A stretch of 64,000 nt of DNA. Origin: a virus. Lineage: Duplodnaviria > Caudoviricetes. Below, piece by piece: positions 6,603 through 16,446 of this stretch. How positions within the stretch are numbered: the first letter of the stretch is position 1; every line of letters begins with the position of its first letter. Both the position numbers and the translations under genes were made by a program. Under the pieces are notes generated by a model. That model did no database searches, was not told where the DNA came from, and saw only the letters and a program-made list of their open reading frames with translations. The DNA is taken from IMG/VR virus record IMGVR_UViG_3300021960_000017; one strand, 5' to 3'.

Positions 6603-8819
6603 ATGGCTGTAACCGTAGACATTCCTGGCATAGGCCCTATCATTGCTTCTAATGCTGCTGAAAACAGTACATTGCAGGCTCTTCTAGAAGCCACTAACCG
6701 AGTGGCCCAGCGTCTAGGCGCACAACGAGTAGAGCTTAGTAATTTTCAAAGAGCTGCAGACGCAGCTACTGGCGAAATTGGCGGGTTAGGCGCTGCCGCA
6801 GCAGGTGCTGCTTCCTCTACAGAACGTCTCGCTGTTAAACAACAACAGGCTATAGTAGGTTTCCAACGTAGTTTGCGTAGTGCAGGCGCTAGCTTTAAAG
6901 GCATATTTTCAAGCGGTGGTGATTTTGCTAGTGGTATAGAAAAAGGTATGAGCACCCTAGGAAAACTAGGAGATGTAGCAGGCGGTGCAATAACTGCAGG
7001 ATTAACTGCAAGATTTGGCGGAGCTGGGTTAGCAGCAGGCAAAGCATTACAGTATTTAGGTGCCGCTGCTGGCGGTGTTGCAGGCCTATTTGTTGGCGAA
7101 ATCACCAAAATGGTCAGGGGTTTCGAAGATCTTATTAACAGCGGCGGAAGTTTTGGCTATAGTATGAACGCTTTTGCAGATGCCGCGGCGGAAAGCGGGC
7201 TCAGTGCAGCACAATTTGGTAGGGTAATGAAGGAGGCTGCACCTAGTTTAGCGATTTTTGGCGGGAACACTAGAGAAGGCGGTAGACAACTTGTTAGATT
7301 TATGGGTAATCTCCGCGGAGAAAATATTGCTCTAAGCAAGAGCATGCGACTAATGGGCGTAGCCTATGATGCTCAAGGAATAATGCTTGCTGATTATACT
7401 GCTAACCTTGCAAAATCAGGGGTTGCTATCAGCAATGTAAACACAGATGATGTAGTAAAAGGATTTTTTGAACTAACAAAGCAGCAGAGACAATTTGCTC
7501 AGTATAACGGTATTACACTAGATCAGCAGCGTGAACTACAAAAACAAGCAAGAGAAAATGTGAGCGTAGAGGCAGTTATACAGAGTCAAGGTCTTATAGG
7601 CAAAGCAGCAGAAGAATTTAGAGCCAAGTATGCTCAAATAACCCAACAATATGGCGACTCAGCAGGACAACTGTTCTTGCAACAAAAAGAATTTGGTGGT
7701 GCTGTAACAGAGACTGCCGCTGCTGTAGAAATGATGAATCCGCAGTTAGCCAATATGACTAAAGCTGCTGGTGCTACCGGAGCGGATCTAGCAACAATGC
7801 AGAGAACAATGCTAGATCCTGAAACTCAGCGCAATGCCATGAGAGAAATGGGACAACTTGCAGTCCTTGGTGTTGCAGGTGTAAATGATAGCCTTGTTAC
7901 CTCTGCTGGTGAAATGATGATGAAATTACGTGACGATTTGCCCAAGCAAATTGGTGATGTAATGACTAAAATTGCTACTGATATGGGCAAGATGATCCAG
8001 GATGTTGCAACAAATACAACTGCAAATATAGGTTCAATGTCTGATATGTTTGTTAGAACTACTAGCGCAGTTCAAGACTTTAGAAATGCCCTTACTAGTG
8101 CTACAGCATATGTTATGGATTCAGGAGCTTTCCAGGGTGCTATAGGAACTATTGTTGACGGCACAGAATGGTTAGCAAATCTATTAGCGGGAAGAAAAAA
8201 ATTAGAAATCCCGCAATCCTTATACAACGAAAATTACATACAACAACAAGCAGAGCAAGCAAGTAAACCTCCTAGCCCAACGAATCCACAAGCAGCATAC
8301 TTACAAGGTTGGGGTGAGGAAGTAAAAAATCATCTTAAAGATATTAAAGATAATCAAACTAAAGGATTTAGGCTTACTCCGCGTCCCACAACAGGAGAGC
8401 AAATTAAAAGAGAGTTTGAAACAAATCCATATTTGAAAGGATACGGCAAGCCAGATGATAGCGATAAAATGCTTAGGCCTGAGGATCGATCTAAAACTTT
8501 CCCAATTTCTCCTCAACCAAGATTAGATTCAAATACAATTGGAAATCTAAGTCAAATTTTGAATCAGAATCAAATAGACGGGTTCGAAGAAGCTGGTAAA
8601 GATCGTATTACTCCCCAGTTCGCTAAAATGATGGATGAGTTTAACCAAAAACAGCGAGCTGCTGATGAAAAACAAAAAGAACTAATAGCTGCCACAAACA
8701 AAACTGGCGAATCAATAAATCAAAGTAATCAGCAAATGGCAAATTTAAGTAATATCCTTAGAGAAGGTTTAAGGTCAATGAATTCTACGCTAGAGGGCAT
8801 TGAAACTAATACGGCATAA
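6603..8819 (+). CDS. Tape-measure-like / baseplate hub protein (gp29-like)
   Basis: 738 aa, Ala/Gly/Gln-rich and predicted helical; adjacent to gp26/gp51 and portal. Confidence 0.6.
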   Translation: MAVTVDIPGIGPIIASNAAENSTLQALLEATNRVAQRLGAQRVELSNFQRAADAATGEIGGLGAAAAGAASSTERLAVKQQQAIVGFQRSLRSAGASFKGIFSSGGDFASGIEKGMSTLGKLGDVAGGAITAGLTARFGGAGLAAGKALQYLGAAAGGVAGLFVGEITKMVRGFEDLINSGGSFGYSMNAFADAAAESGLSAAQFGRVMKEAAPSLAIFGGNTREGGRQLVRFMGNLRGENIALSKSMRLMGVAYDAQGIMLADYTANLAKSGVAISNVNTDDVVKGFFELTKQQRQFAQYNGITLDQQRELQKQARENVSVEAVIQSQGLIGKAAEEFRAKYAQITQQYGDSAGQLFLQQKEFGGAVTETAAAVEMMNPQLANMTKAAGATGADLATMQRTMLDPETQRNAMREMGQLAVLGVAGVNDSLVTSAGEMMMKLRDDLPKQIGDVMTKIATDMGKMIQDVATNTTANIGSMSDMFVRTTSAVQDFRNALTSATAYVMDSGAFQGAIGTIVDGTEWLANLLAGRKKLEIPQSLYNENYIQQQAEQASKPPSPTNPQAAYLQGWGEEVKNHLKDIKDNQTKGFRLTPRPTTGEQIKREFETNPYLKGYGKPDDSDKMLRPEDRSKTFPISPQPRLDSNTIGNLSQILNQNQIDGFEEAGKDRITPQFAKMMDEFNQKQRAADEKQKELIAATNKTGESINQSNQQMANLSNILREGLRSMNSTLEGIETNTA

Positions 8820-8854
8820 TTTGCGTAAATAGTATAAAGGTGCTATAATATATT

Positions 8855-10588
8855 ATGAGTTGGAAAAAATATTTCAAGACTGTTAATGCTAGTCCGCTAA
8901 CCAATGCTGGTGGTGGCACTGGATCTGATTTAAAATACAGTCATTATGCAAGCCATTTGCCAGAAGTTTATGTTGGTCATGCAAACCGCATTACACGATA
9001 TGCTCAGTATGAAAACATGGATGTGGACAGTGAAGTTAATGCTGCACTGGACATTCTAGCAGAGTTTTGCACACAAACTAATGTAGAAAACGGCACCGTT
9101 TTTGATATTCACTTTCATGAAGATCCAAGCGAGAGTGAAATAGACACCCTTAGAAAGCAACTTGTTAACTGGAATAACCTAAACGAGTTTGATAAAAGAG
9201 CATTTAAGATCTTCCGCAATGTGTTAAAGTACGGCGATCAGGTGTTTATTAGAGACCCAGAAACCTTCGAATGGTTCTGGGTAGACATGACAAAAGTTAC
9301 TAAAGTTATCGTTAATGAAAGCGAAGGCAAAAAGCCAGAGCAGTATGTTCTTAAAGACATTAACCCTAACTTCCAAAACCTTACAGCAACACAACTTAAT
9401 TATAGTGATGATTTCCACAGATCCGGAGATCATAAACAGAATGGTTACATTCAGCCTAGCAACATTTATACTAGCCAGAGCAGTAGCCAAGGTAGATTCG
9501 ACCGTAGTGTAAACGAAACTGCTGTAGATGCAGACCATATGGTGCATTGCAGTCTTACAGAAGGGTTGGATGCTAACTGGCCTTTTGGTAACAGTATACT
9601 TGAAAATATTTTTAAAGTTTACAAGCAAAAAGAATTGCTTGAAGATGCTATCATCATTTACCGCATTCAACGTGCGCCAGAGCGCAGAGTATTTTATGTA
9701 GACGTTGGTAACATGCCAGCGCACATGGCTATGGCGTTTGTTGAGCGTGTTAAAAACGAAATTCATCAGCGTCGTATCCCCAGTCAAACTGGCGGCGGCT
9801 CTAACATTATGGATACTACATACAATCCATTAAGCATCAACGAAGACTACTTCTTTCCACAAACAGCAGAAGGTCGTGGTAGTAAAGTTGAAACATTGCC
9901 AGGTGGTACTAACCTAGGCGAAATTGATGACCTCAAGTACTTTACAAACAAACTATTCCGTGGTTTAAGAATACCCAGTAGTTATTTGCCAACTGGTCCT
10001 GATGAATCACCAGGCGCATATGTTGATGGCAGAGTGGGTACTGCACTTATTCAAGAGTATCGTTTTAACGAATATTGTAAAAGACTACAGCGTTTAATTA
10101 GTGAAACTTTTGACCGCGAGTTCAAAATGTTCCTTAAATGGAGAGGTTTTGAATTAGACAATAGTAGTTTTGAATTGCGTTTTAACGAGCCACAAAACTT
10201 CAGCAAGTATCGTGAAGTTGAAATGGATGGTGCTAGAATTAATACATTTACTAGCCTTGAAGGTTATCCATATTTGAGTAAGCGATTCCTAATGCAACGC
10301 TTCTTAGGCTTAACTGAAGAAGAACTAGCAGAGAACAGAAAACTCTGGAGAGAAGAGAACCTAGACGATGCTGAGGCAGAATTGCCAAACATGCGTAGTG
10401 TTGGTATTACTCCAGGCGGTATAGAAACTGATCTAGAAAACTTTACACCACCAGATATAGAAGCGGAAGGTGGAGAAGATGAAGCGGGCACAGAAGATCT
10501 CGGAGCTAGTGCACCTGGCCAGCCTACTGGCGCACCACAGAGTCCTATTCCTGGTACACCGCCGCCTACAGAAGTCCCAAGTACATAA
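8855..10588 (+). CDS. gp20: Portal protein
   Basis: YENMDVDSEVNAALDI, LLEDAIIIYRIQRAPERRVFYVDVGNMP, EDYFFPQ...RGSKVETLPGG; late promoter TAAATA at 8826. Confidence 0.95.
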   Translation: MSWKKYFKTVNASPLTNAGGGTGSDLKYSHYASHLPEVYVGHANRITRYAQYENMDVDSEVNAALDILAEFCTQTNVENGTVFDIHFHEDPSESEIDTLRKQLVNWNNLNEFDKRAFKIFRNVLKYGDQVFIRDPETFEWFWVDMTKVTKVIVNESEGKKPEQYVLKDINPNFQNLTATQLNYSDDFHRSGDHKQNGYIQPSNIYTSQSSSQGRFDRSVNETAVDADHMVHCSLTEGLDANWPFGNSILENIFKVYKQKELLEDAIIIYRIQRAPERRVFYVDVGNMPAHMAMAFVERVKNEIHQRRIPSQTGGGSNIMDTTYNPLSINEDYFFPQTAEGRGSKVETLPGGTNLGEIDDLKYFTNKLFRGLRIPSSYLPTGPDESPGAYVDGRVGTALIQEYRFNEYCKRLQRLISETFDREFKMFLKWRGFELDNSSFELRFNEPQNFSKYREVEMDGARINTFTSLEGYPYLSKRFLMQRFLGLTEEELAENRKLWREENLDDAEAELPNMRSVGITPGGIETDLENFTPPDIEAEGGEDEAGTEDLGASAPGQPTGAPQSPIPGTPPPTEVPST

Positions 10589-10606
10589 ATATATTTGGAG
10601 ACAGCA

Positions 10607-10837
10607 ATGTACGTTAAAGATTTTATTAAAGAAAATACTGCTAAAAATGAAGATAAACTTCATGACCAGAGCAATGATTCTAGCAAAGCTGAACTAACAG
10701 ATACTAGAAAAACTAGACTTACACTAGAACAAATTAATCGTTTGCGTGTGCTTAACGACGTAAAAATTGCTGAATACCAGGAAAATATTAGAAAAATTAA
10801 GCAACAATTTGCTGTTCCTGTTGAACAACCGCAATAA
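10607..10837 (+). CDS. Small head-module protein (gp68-like position)
   Basis: GGAG SD, late promoter at 10586; lies between portal and prohead core genes. Confidence 0.6.
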   Translation: MYVKDFIKENTAKNEDKLHDQSNDSSKAELTDTRKTRLTLEQINRLRVLNDVKIAEYQENIRKIKQQFAVPVEQPQ

Positions 10838-10933
10838 TCTCCTTTTTTGGCTCAAAAAACGCACTTAATCATATATAAATAAAGTGCATAGTTAAATAAA
10901 ATAAATGCCTTACAAATAAAGGAGCCATATCCT

Positions 10934-11611
10934 ATGAGCGATAAATTTAATGAATTGATCGAGCTTATCATTTCTGAAGAAACTGATAAAGCAAAAGATC
11001 TTTTCCACGAAATTGTTGTGGAAAAAAGCCGTGAAATTTACGAATCTCTCGACGAAGAAGAAGTAGTCGATGAGGCGGAAGAAGAAGAAGTTTCCGAAGA
11101 AGAAGAAATTGACGAGAGTGATTTTGATGAAGCAGAGCTAGGTGGCGATGCTGCTGATGACATGATCGACGACATCGAAGCAGACGAAGAAGGTCTTGCT
11201 ATCGAAGGTGAAGAAGAAGAGGAAGAGCTCGAAGATCGTGTTGTTGATCTCGAAGACGCTCTTGACGAACTCAAAGCAGAATTTGAAAGAATTATGGCTG
11301 GTGACGATGATGAACCAGAAATGGACATGGGCGACGAAGAAGAAGAGTCAGACATGGACATGGATGATGAAGCTGAAGAAGAAGACGAAATGTCTGAAGA
11401 AATGGTACGTGAGTACAAGGAAAAAGCTCCAGCACCAGTCACAAGCGAACAGGGCAACGGCGCAAGCGGCCCAGTTGCTAAGAAAAACGATATGGGCGGT
11501 TCCGCAAAAAACATTGCACAAGGTGGCGATGAAAAAGGCGGCTCAGCTCCTAAAGTCACAACTCAAACAGATGCAGCCAATCCAAAAGGCGCAACTATGA
11601 AAAAGGCTTAA
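10934..11611 (+). CDS. Acidic prohead core protein (gp67-like)
   Basis: Very Glu/Asp-rich; TATAAATA at 10874; AAGGAG SD; upstream of gp21. Confidence 0.7.
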   Translation: MSDKFNELIELIISEETDKAKDLFHEIVVEKSREIYESLDEEEVVDEAEEEEVSEEEEIDESDFDEAELGGDAADDMIDDIEADEEGLAIEGEEEEEELEDRVVDLEDALDELKAEFERIMAGDDDEPEMDMGDEEEESDMDMDDEAEEEDEMSEEMVREYKEKAPAPVTSEQGNGASGPVAKKNDMGGSAKNIAQGGDEKGGSAPKVTTQTDAANPKGATMKKA

Positions 11612-11625
11612 GGTAGGGAGATTAT

Positions 11626-12249
11626 ATGAACTACCTCAGAGAACACCTTACTTTTGATCAAGCTCGTGTAGTAACAGAATCTGCGAACGATGGTAAGGAT
11701 CTCTACATGAAAGGCATTTGTATTCAGGGCGGGGTTAAAAACGCAAATCAGCGTGTTTACCCCGTTAATGAAATTTCTAATGCCGTTAAGCAGCTCAATG
11801 ATCAAATTACATCAGGCAATAGTGTGCTTGGTGAAGTAGATCATCCAGACGATTTAAAGATTAACTTGGATCGCGTCAGCCATATGATTACAGAAATGTG
11901 GATGGACGGCCCTAACGGCTATGGAAAACTAAAGATACTACCTACTCCAATGGGTCAACTAGTAAGAACCATGTTGGAAAGCGGAGTAAAGTTGGGTGTT
12001 AGCAGTAGGGGCAGCGGTAATGTTGCCGAGTCTACTGGTAATGTATCTGACTTCGAAATTGTCACAGTTGACGTTGTGGCACAACCCAGTGCACCAAATG
12101 CATATCCTAAAGCCATCTATGAAGGCTTACTTAATATGCGTAATGGGCACAATGTCCTTGAGATTGCCAGAGAAGCAAATGGCAATGCTAAAGTACAAAA
12201 ATACTTGAAAGACGAAATGGTTCGTCTTATCAAGGACCTAAAGATCTAG
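11626..12249 (+). CDS. gp21: Prohead protease
   Basis: YMKGICIQG..NANQRVYP, LGEVDHP, GVSSRGSG, DVVAQPS motifs. Confidence 0.95.
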   Translation: MNYLREHLTFDQARVVTESANDGKDLYMKGICIQGGVKNANQRVYPVNEISNAVKQLNDQITSGNSVLGEVDHPDDLKINLDRVSHMITEMWMDGPNGYGKLKILPTPMGQLVRTMLESGVKLGVSSRGSGNVAESTGNVSDFEIVTVDVVAQPSAPNAYPKAIYEGLLNMRNGHNVLEIAREANGNAKVQKYLKDEMVRLIKDLKI

Positions 12250-12258
12250 GAGACGAAG

Positions 12259-13359
12259 ATGCTAGATGCTATCAAACCATTATTAGATAGCGACCTGGTC
12301 AACGAAGAGACCCGCAGCCAAATTGAAGAGGCGTGGCAATCCAAGTTGGTGGAAACCAAAGAGCAGGTCAGAGCAGAGCTCCGTGAGGAATTCGCTCAAC
12401 GCTATGAGCACGATAAGAGTGTAATGGTTGAAGCCTTAGATCGTATGGTAACTGAAAACCTAACAAGTGAACTAGAACTTATTCAGGAAGAAAAGAAGCG
12501 TCTTGCAGAAGACCGTGCTAAGTTTGTAGCACGTATGAAAGACACAACTGGCAATTTTGATAAGTTTTTAGTAAGTCAACTTGCAGAAGAAATCCAAGAA
12601 TTTCAGGCAGACAGAGCACAGCAAGCAGAACATGTAGCAAAGATAGAAGCCTTTATTACAGAAGCTCTTGCTAAGGAAATTATTGAGTTCCAGGAAGATC
12701 GTCAAGATGTTGTTGAAACCAAAGTTCGTCTTGTAAAAGAAGCTCGTAGCAAGTTTAACGAAATGAAATCAAAGTTTATTGAAAACAGCAGTAAACTTGT
12801 TAAGGAAGCAGTTGCTAATAATCTAAATGCTGAGATCAATCAATTACGTGAAGACATCGAAGCAGCCAAAGCCAATAACTTTGGTCGCAAGATTTTCGAA
12901 GCATTTGCTAGTGAATTTAGTGCAAGTTATCTAAATGAAAATCAAGAAATTAAAGATCTAAAACGTTCATTACAAGAAGCAGATCAAGCACTAACTGAAG
13001 CAAAAGCTGCAATCGCAGAGAAATCACACATTATTGAGAGCAAAGAAAGTGAAATCACAGCCATTAACGAAGCTGCCCAGCGCAAGGAAGTTATGGCAGA
13101 ACTCATGAAGCCACTCAATAAAGAAAAAGGCGCAGTAATGCGTGACCTTCTAGAAAGCGTTCAGACAAGCAAGCTCAAAGCTGCTTATGATCGTTATCTT
13201 CCAGTAGTATTAGACGGAAAAGCACCAAGAGCTGAAAAGACAATGGTTGCTGAAAGCCGTGTAGCTAGAACTGGAGACAAAGAAGTTAAAACACCACAAC
13301 CTGTAGAAGTTGACACAAGTAACATTGTAGAACTTCGCAAGTTGGCAGGCTTAAAGTAA
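12259..13359 (+). CDS. gp22: Prohead scaffolding protein
   Basis: Coiled-coil and acidic; between gp21 and gp23; FGRKIFEAF motif. Confidence 0.85.
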   Translation: MLDAIKPLLDSDLVNEETRSQIEEAWQSKLVETKEQVRAELREEFAQRYEHDKSVMVEALDRMVTENLTSELELIQEEKKRLAEDRAKFVARMKDTTGNFDKFLVSQLAEEIQEFQADRAQQAEHVAKIEAFITEALAKEIIEFQEDRQDVVETKVRLVKEARSKFNEMKSKFIENSSKLVKEAVANNLNAEINQLREDIEAAKANNFGRKIFEAFASEFSASYLNENQEIKDLKRSLQEADQALTEAKAAIAEKSHIIESKESEITAINEAAQRKEVMAELMKPLNKEKGAVMRDLLESVQTSKLKAAYDRYLPVVLDGKAPRAEKTMVAESRVARTGDKEVKTPQPVEVDTSNIVELRKLAGLK

Positions 13360-13381
13360 AGTACTAGAGGAGACAAAAACA

Positions 13382-14578
13382 ATGTCAGACGTACTATTAG
13401 AAAGCCGTTGGGGCGAAACAAAAGATGCTCTTCTAGAGGGTCTACAAGGCAATCGCCGCAGCAGCATGGCAGTTATTCTAGAGAACACAAAGAAGTATCT
13501 CTCAGAAGCTGCATCAACAGGCGCAACCGCAAGTGGTAACGTAGCCACACTCAACAGAGTTATCTTACCAGTTATCCGCCGCGTTATGCCAACAGTTATC
13601 GCCAACGAAATCGTTGGTGTTCAACCAATGCAGGGCCCAGTTGGCCAGATTCACACACTACGTGTTCGTTATGCAGAATCAATCACTTCAACAGCAAGTG
13701 GTGACCTCGGCACAGACACAGTAGCAGGTGATGAAGCTCTTAGCCCATTCAAAATTGCTACAGCATATTCAGGCACAACTTCATCAACATCAAGCACAGG
13801 TCGTGCAGGTGCAACAGCGGCTATGGAAGGTGACGGCGGTAGCCAGATCAGCATCCAGATCCTCAAGCAGCCAGTCGAAGCTAAAACACGTAAGTTACAA
13901 GCTCGCTGGACATTTGAGGCAGCTCAAGACGCACAGAGCATGCATGGTATTGATGTTGAAGCAGAAATTATGGCTGCTCTAGCACAAGAAATTACCGCTG
14001 AAATTGACCAAGAAGTTCTTGCTTCACTCCGCAGCCTTGCTGCAACTGAAGAAACCTTCAACCAGGCAGCAGTAAGTGGTACAGCTACCTACGTTGGTGA
14101 CGAGCATGCAGCTCTTGCAGTTCTTATCAACCGTACAGCAAACAAGATTGCTCAGCGCACACGTCGTGGTGCAGGTAACTGGGCAGTTGTTAGCCAGGAA
14201 GCACTAACAGTTCTACAGAGCGCAAGCACAAGTGCATTTGCTCGTACAACAGAAGGTACTTTCGAAGCACCAACAAACACCAAATTTGTCGGTACACTTA
14301 ACGGTGCAATGCGTGTTTATGTTGACGGTTATGCCGGCGACAGCAAAGCAGTACTCGTTGGTTACAAGGGTTCAAGTGAAACAGACGCAGCAGCATTCTA
14401 CTGCCCATATGTTCCGCTAATGAGCTCAGGTACAGTACTTGACCCAAGCACATTTGAGCCAGTTGTTAGCTTTATGACACGCTACGGTTATGTAGAGCTA
14501 TCAAACACCGCAAGTTCACTCGGTAATGCCGGTGACTATGTAGGTGAAGTTGCAATGCAAAACATTAGCTTCAGCTAA
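13382..14578 (+). CDS. gp23: Major capsid protein
   Basis: ILPVIRRVMP, VGVQPMQGP, KTRKLQARWTFEAAQD, EIMAALAQEITAEID, AAAFYCPYVPL, TRYG. Confidence 0.97.
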   Translation: MSDVLLESRWGETKDALLEGLQGNRRSSMAVILENTKKYLSEAASTGATASGNVATLNRVILPVIRRVMPTVIANEIVGVQPMQGPVGQIHTLRVRYAESITSTASGDLGTDTVAGDEALSPFKIATAYSGTTSSTSSTGRAGATAAMEGDGGSQISIQILKQPVEAKTRKLQARWTFEAAQDAQSMHGIDVEAEIMAALAQEITAEIDQEVLASLRSLAATEETFNQAAVSGTATYVGDEHAALAVLINRTANKIAQRTRRGAGNWAVVSQEALTVLQSASTSAFARTTEGTFEAPTNTKFVGTLNGAMRVYVDGYAGDSKAVLVGYKGSSETDAAAFYCPYVPLMSSGTVLDPSTFEPVVSFMTRYGYVELSNTASSLGNAGDYVGEVAMQNISFS

Positions 14579-14598
14579 TAACTAACTCATAAGTTGAG

Positions 14599-14628
14599 AA
14601 AGGGAGGCTTTATGCCTCCCTTTTTTTT
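14599..14628. terminator. Intrinsic terminator after the major capsid gene (probably bidirectional)
   Basis: AAAGGGAGGC-TTTAT-GCCTCCC-T8. Confidence 0.85.
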
Positions 14629-15229
14629 AGCACCATCCGTTAGTATAATCTTTGTATTGTAATTGTAAAATTTTATAATATTGGCTGTCTGTTATTTTAG
14701 GTTTAGGATCTGTTGCTCTGTGGTTAACTACGGTCTGTGCACCTAAAAGACTAGCAATTACTGCATTATCTTTATAATTAAAAACATCTGTGTAAAAACC
14801 AGGATTGGGACCTAGCCTTGCAGTGTTAGTATTACAATGTTCTCTAACACCTAAACTATTTTCATAATAATAATCAAAATTATGTAAAAATTCATCTAGT
14901 GTAGGTGGCCCTATCCACAGCGCATCTTGAGCTCCGGTAGGAGAAAACATTGTGTGATAAAATCCACTAACAAATTTATCAACTGGATCTCGCCAAACTG
15001 CAATACGTGTATCACATTCTGCAAGTTGATTTTTATATTCCTCAAAATTTAAGGACTTAAAATATACACCAGGAGCATGTTTACTAAATGTATTGTATGC
15101 TTGAATTTCTGATGGATCTGCACCCCATAATACCTGTGCAATGTAACTCAATATACTTGTACTTGCACACTTTTGGTTGCGTACTATACCCCATGTATGA
15201 TTTTTATAGGAAAATTTTAACAGGCTCAT
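14627..15229 (-). CDS. Sulfotransferase (Sulfotransfer_2-like)
   Basis: 5'-PSB-like RNQKCASTS and 3'-PB-like WRDPVDKFVSG motifs; antisense insertion. Confidence 0.7.
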   Translation of the reverse strand: MSLLKFSYKNHTWGIVRNQKCASTSILSYIAQVLWGADPSEIQAYNTFSKHAPGVYFKSLNFEEYKNQLAECDTRIAVWRDPVDKFVSGFYHTMFSPTGAQDALWIGPPTLDEFLHNFDYYYENSLGVREHCNTNTARLGPNPGFYTDVFNYKDNAVIASLLGAQTVVNHRATDPKPKITDSQYYKILQLQYKDYTNGWC

Positions 15230-15231
15230 TC

Positions 15232-15243
15232 TATAAATACTTA
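15232..15243. promoter_or_regulatory. Overlapping divergent late promoters TATAAATA (+) and TAAGTA (-)
   Basis: Sequence TATAAATACTTA; the minus-strand core lies just upstream of the sulfotransferase ATG. Confidence 0.55.
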
Positions 15244-15321
15244 TGCTTATAAATTAGGCTTATGCGGCCCCACCGCGTACCAAGTAGAACTTGGATTGGA
15301 CTTCTTGAAAGGAGAAAACAA

Positions 15322-15783
15322 ATGGGTAGACCTCTAAGAACAGCAAAAACAGTTGATGGTAATTTTCACGTAGGTGACATTGGCGCAGATTCCGGTACAG
15401 GCGAACAAATTCAAATGATCGCATATGTTACAGGTGGAAGTGCAAATAATACATCAAGTATTACACAAAAAGGTACACATCGTTTTCGTGTAACAACAAG
15501 TGATGGCACTGAAACTTGTACACTTAAGGCAGTAGCAAGTGGTTCACTTGCCGAAGGTGAATGTCAGCTTACAGCCACAGACAGTGCGGCCGGTACATAC
15601 TTTGTTAGTCGTGTTTCAAACAACTGGATTGAAATTGGTGCTTTAGGCACAGGTTCACAAGTTGCAGTAGGCGACCGTGTACAGTGGGTAAATGACCAAA
15701 CTTCAGCAGTTGCTATCGATACCTCAACATATGCTATTGGTGATGTAAATCAACCAGGCAGATTCCAAGTTGTAACAAACTAA
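15322..15783 (+). CDS. Hypothetical virion protein (MGRPL...)
   Basis: ATG 15322 follows AAAGGAG SD; the annotated 15262 start lies within a hairpin leader. Confidence 0.7.
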   Translation: MGRPLRTAKTVDGNFHVGDIGADSGTGEQIQMIAYVTGGSANNTSSITQKGTHRFRVTTSDGTETCTLKAVASGSLAEGECQLTATDSAAGTYFVSRVSNNWIEIGALGTGSQVAVGDRVQWVNDQTSAVAIDTSTYAIGDVNQPGRFQVVTN

Positions 15784-15794
15784 TTTTTTTGGTA

Positions 15795-15838
15795 TTGACA
15801 AATATAGAGGGCTACAGTATACTTTACTGTAGCCTTTT
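15795..15838 (+). promoter_or_regulatory. Sigma70-type promoter overlapping a terminator hairpin
   Basis: TTGACA(15795)-17 nt-TATACT(15818); stem GGCTACAGTA/TACTGTAGCC (15810-15834) plus T-run. Confidence 0.65.
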
Positions 15839-15841
15839 ATT

Positions 15842-16423
15842 ATGACTGAATTTGCTTTTATTCTAGGAAACGGAAAAACTCGCCTGGCATTTAATATTCC
15901 AGAATTGCGTAGCCGCGGCGTGGTTTATGCATGCAATGCTGTTTATAGAACAGATGAAGTTGATGTGTTAATAAGCACAGATCCTAGTATTAGTAACGAG
16001 ATAATTGAAAGTGGGTATCCAGATACTCATGTTCATTACACTAGAGAACGGAATATAAAACCAGGGGTAAAAAGTAAAGCACTGGATCCACGCTGGCAAG
16101 GATATAGCAGTGGCCCAAACGCATTAGCACAAGCATGTAAAGATGGTTATCCATATTGCTTTATGATTGGAATGGATTTAGTAAGTGACAATTCCTACAT
16201 AAACAACTTGTATGCTGGCACTGACAATTACAAAAATACTGACAGTGAGCCAACTTATCATGGAAACTGGGAAAACCAAATAACAGAGATAATCCAAGAG
16301 TTTAGTACGACTAGAATAGTTCATGTTAATCCCCTGTTAAAATATACGCCTGAATCCTGGAAACTGTATGCCAATTTTGAAATACATACAGTGGACAAGT
16401 TCAAAGCTATGATAAATATTTAA
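15842..16423 (+). CDS. MptE/DUF115-like (sialyltransferase-like fold) protein
   Basis: AFILGNGKTR...VYACNAVYR...SSGPNAL...FMIGMDL pattern. Confidence 0.55.
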   Translation: MTEFAFILGNGKTRLAFNIPELRSRGVVYACNAVYRTDEVDVLISTDPSISNEIIESGYPDTHVHYTRERNIKPGVKSKALDPRWQGYSSGPNALAQACKDGYPYCFMIGMDLVSDNSYINNLYAGTDNYKNTDSEPTYHGNWENQITEIIQEFSTTRIVHVNPLLKYTPESWKLYANFEIHTVDKFKAMINI

Positions 16424-16446
16424 AATTGTATGAACAGGTATGACAT

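Noticed and set aside
11038-11600. Alternative-frame ORFs over the acidic prohead core gene
   Set aside because: Products of GAA/GAC-rich low-complexity codons read in other frames
15262-15321. Annotated 20-codon N-terminal extension of the 173-aa ORF
   Set aside because: That ATG is in a hairpin with no SD; ATG 15322 has a strong AAAGGAG SD
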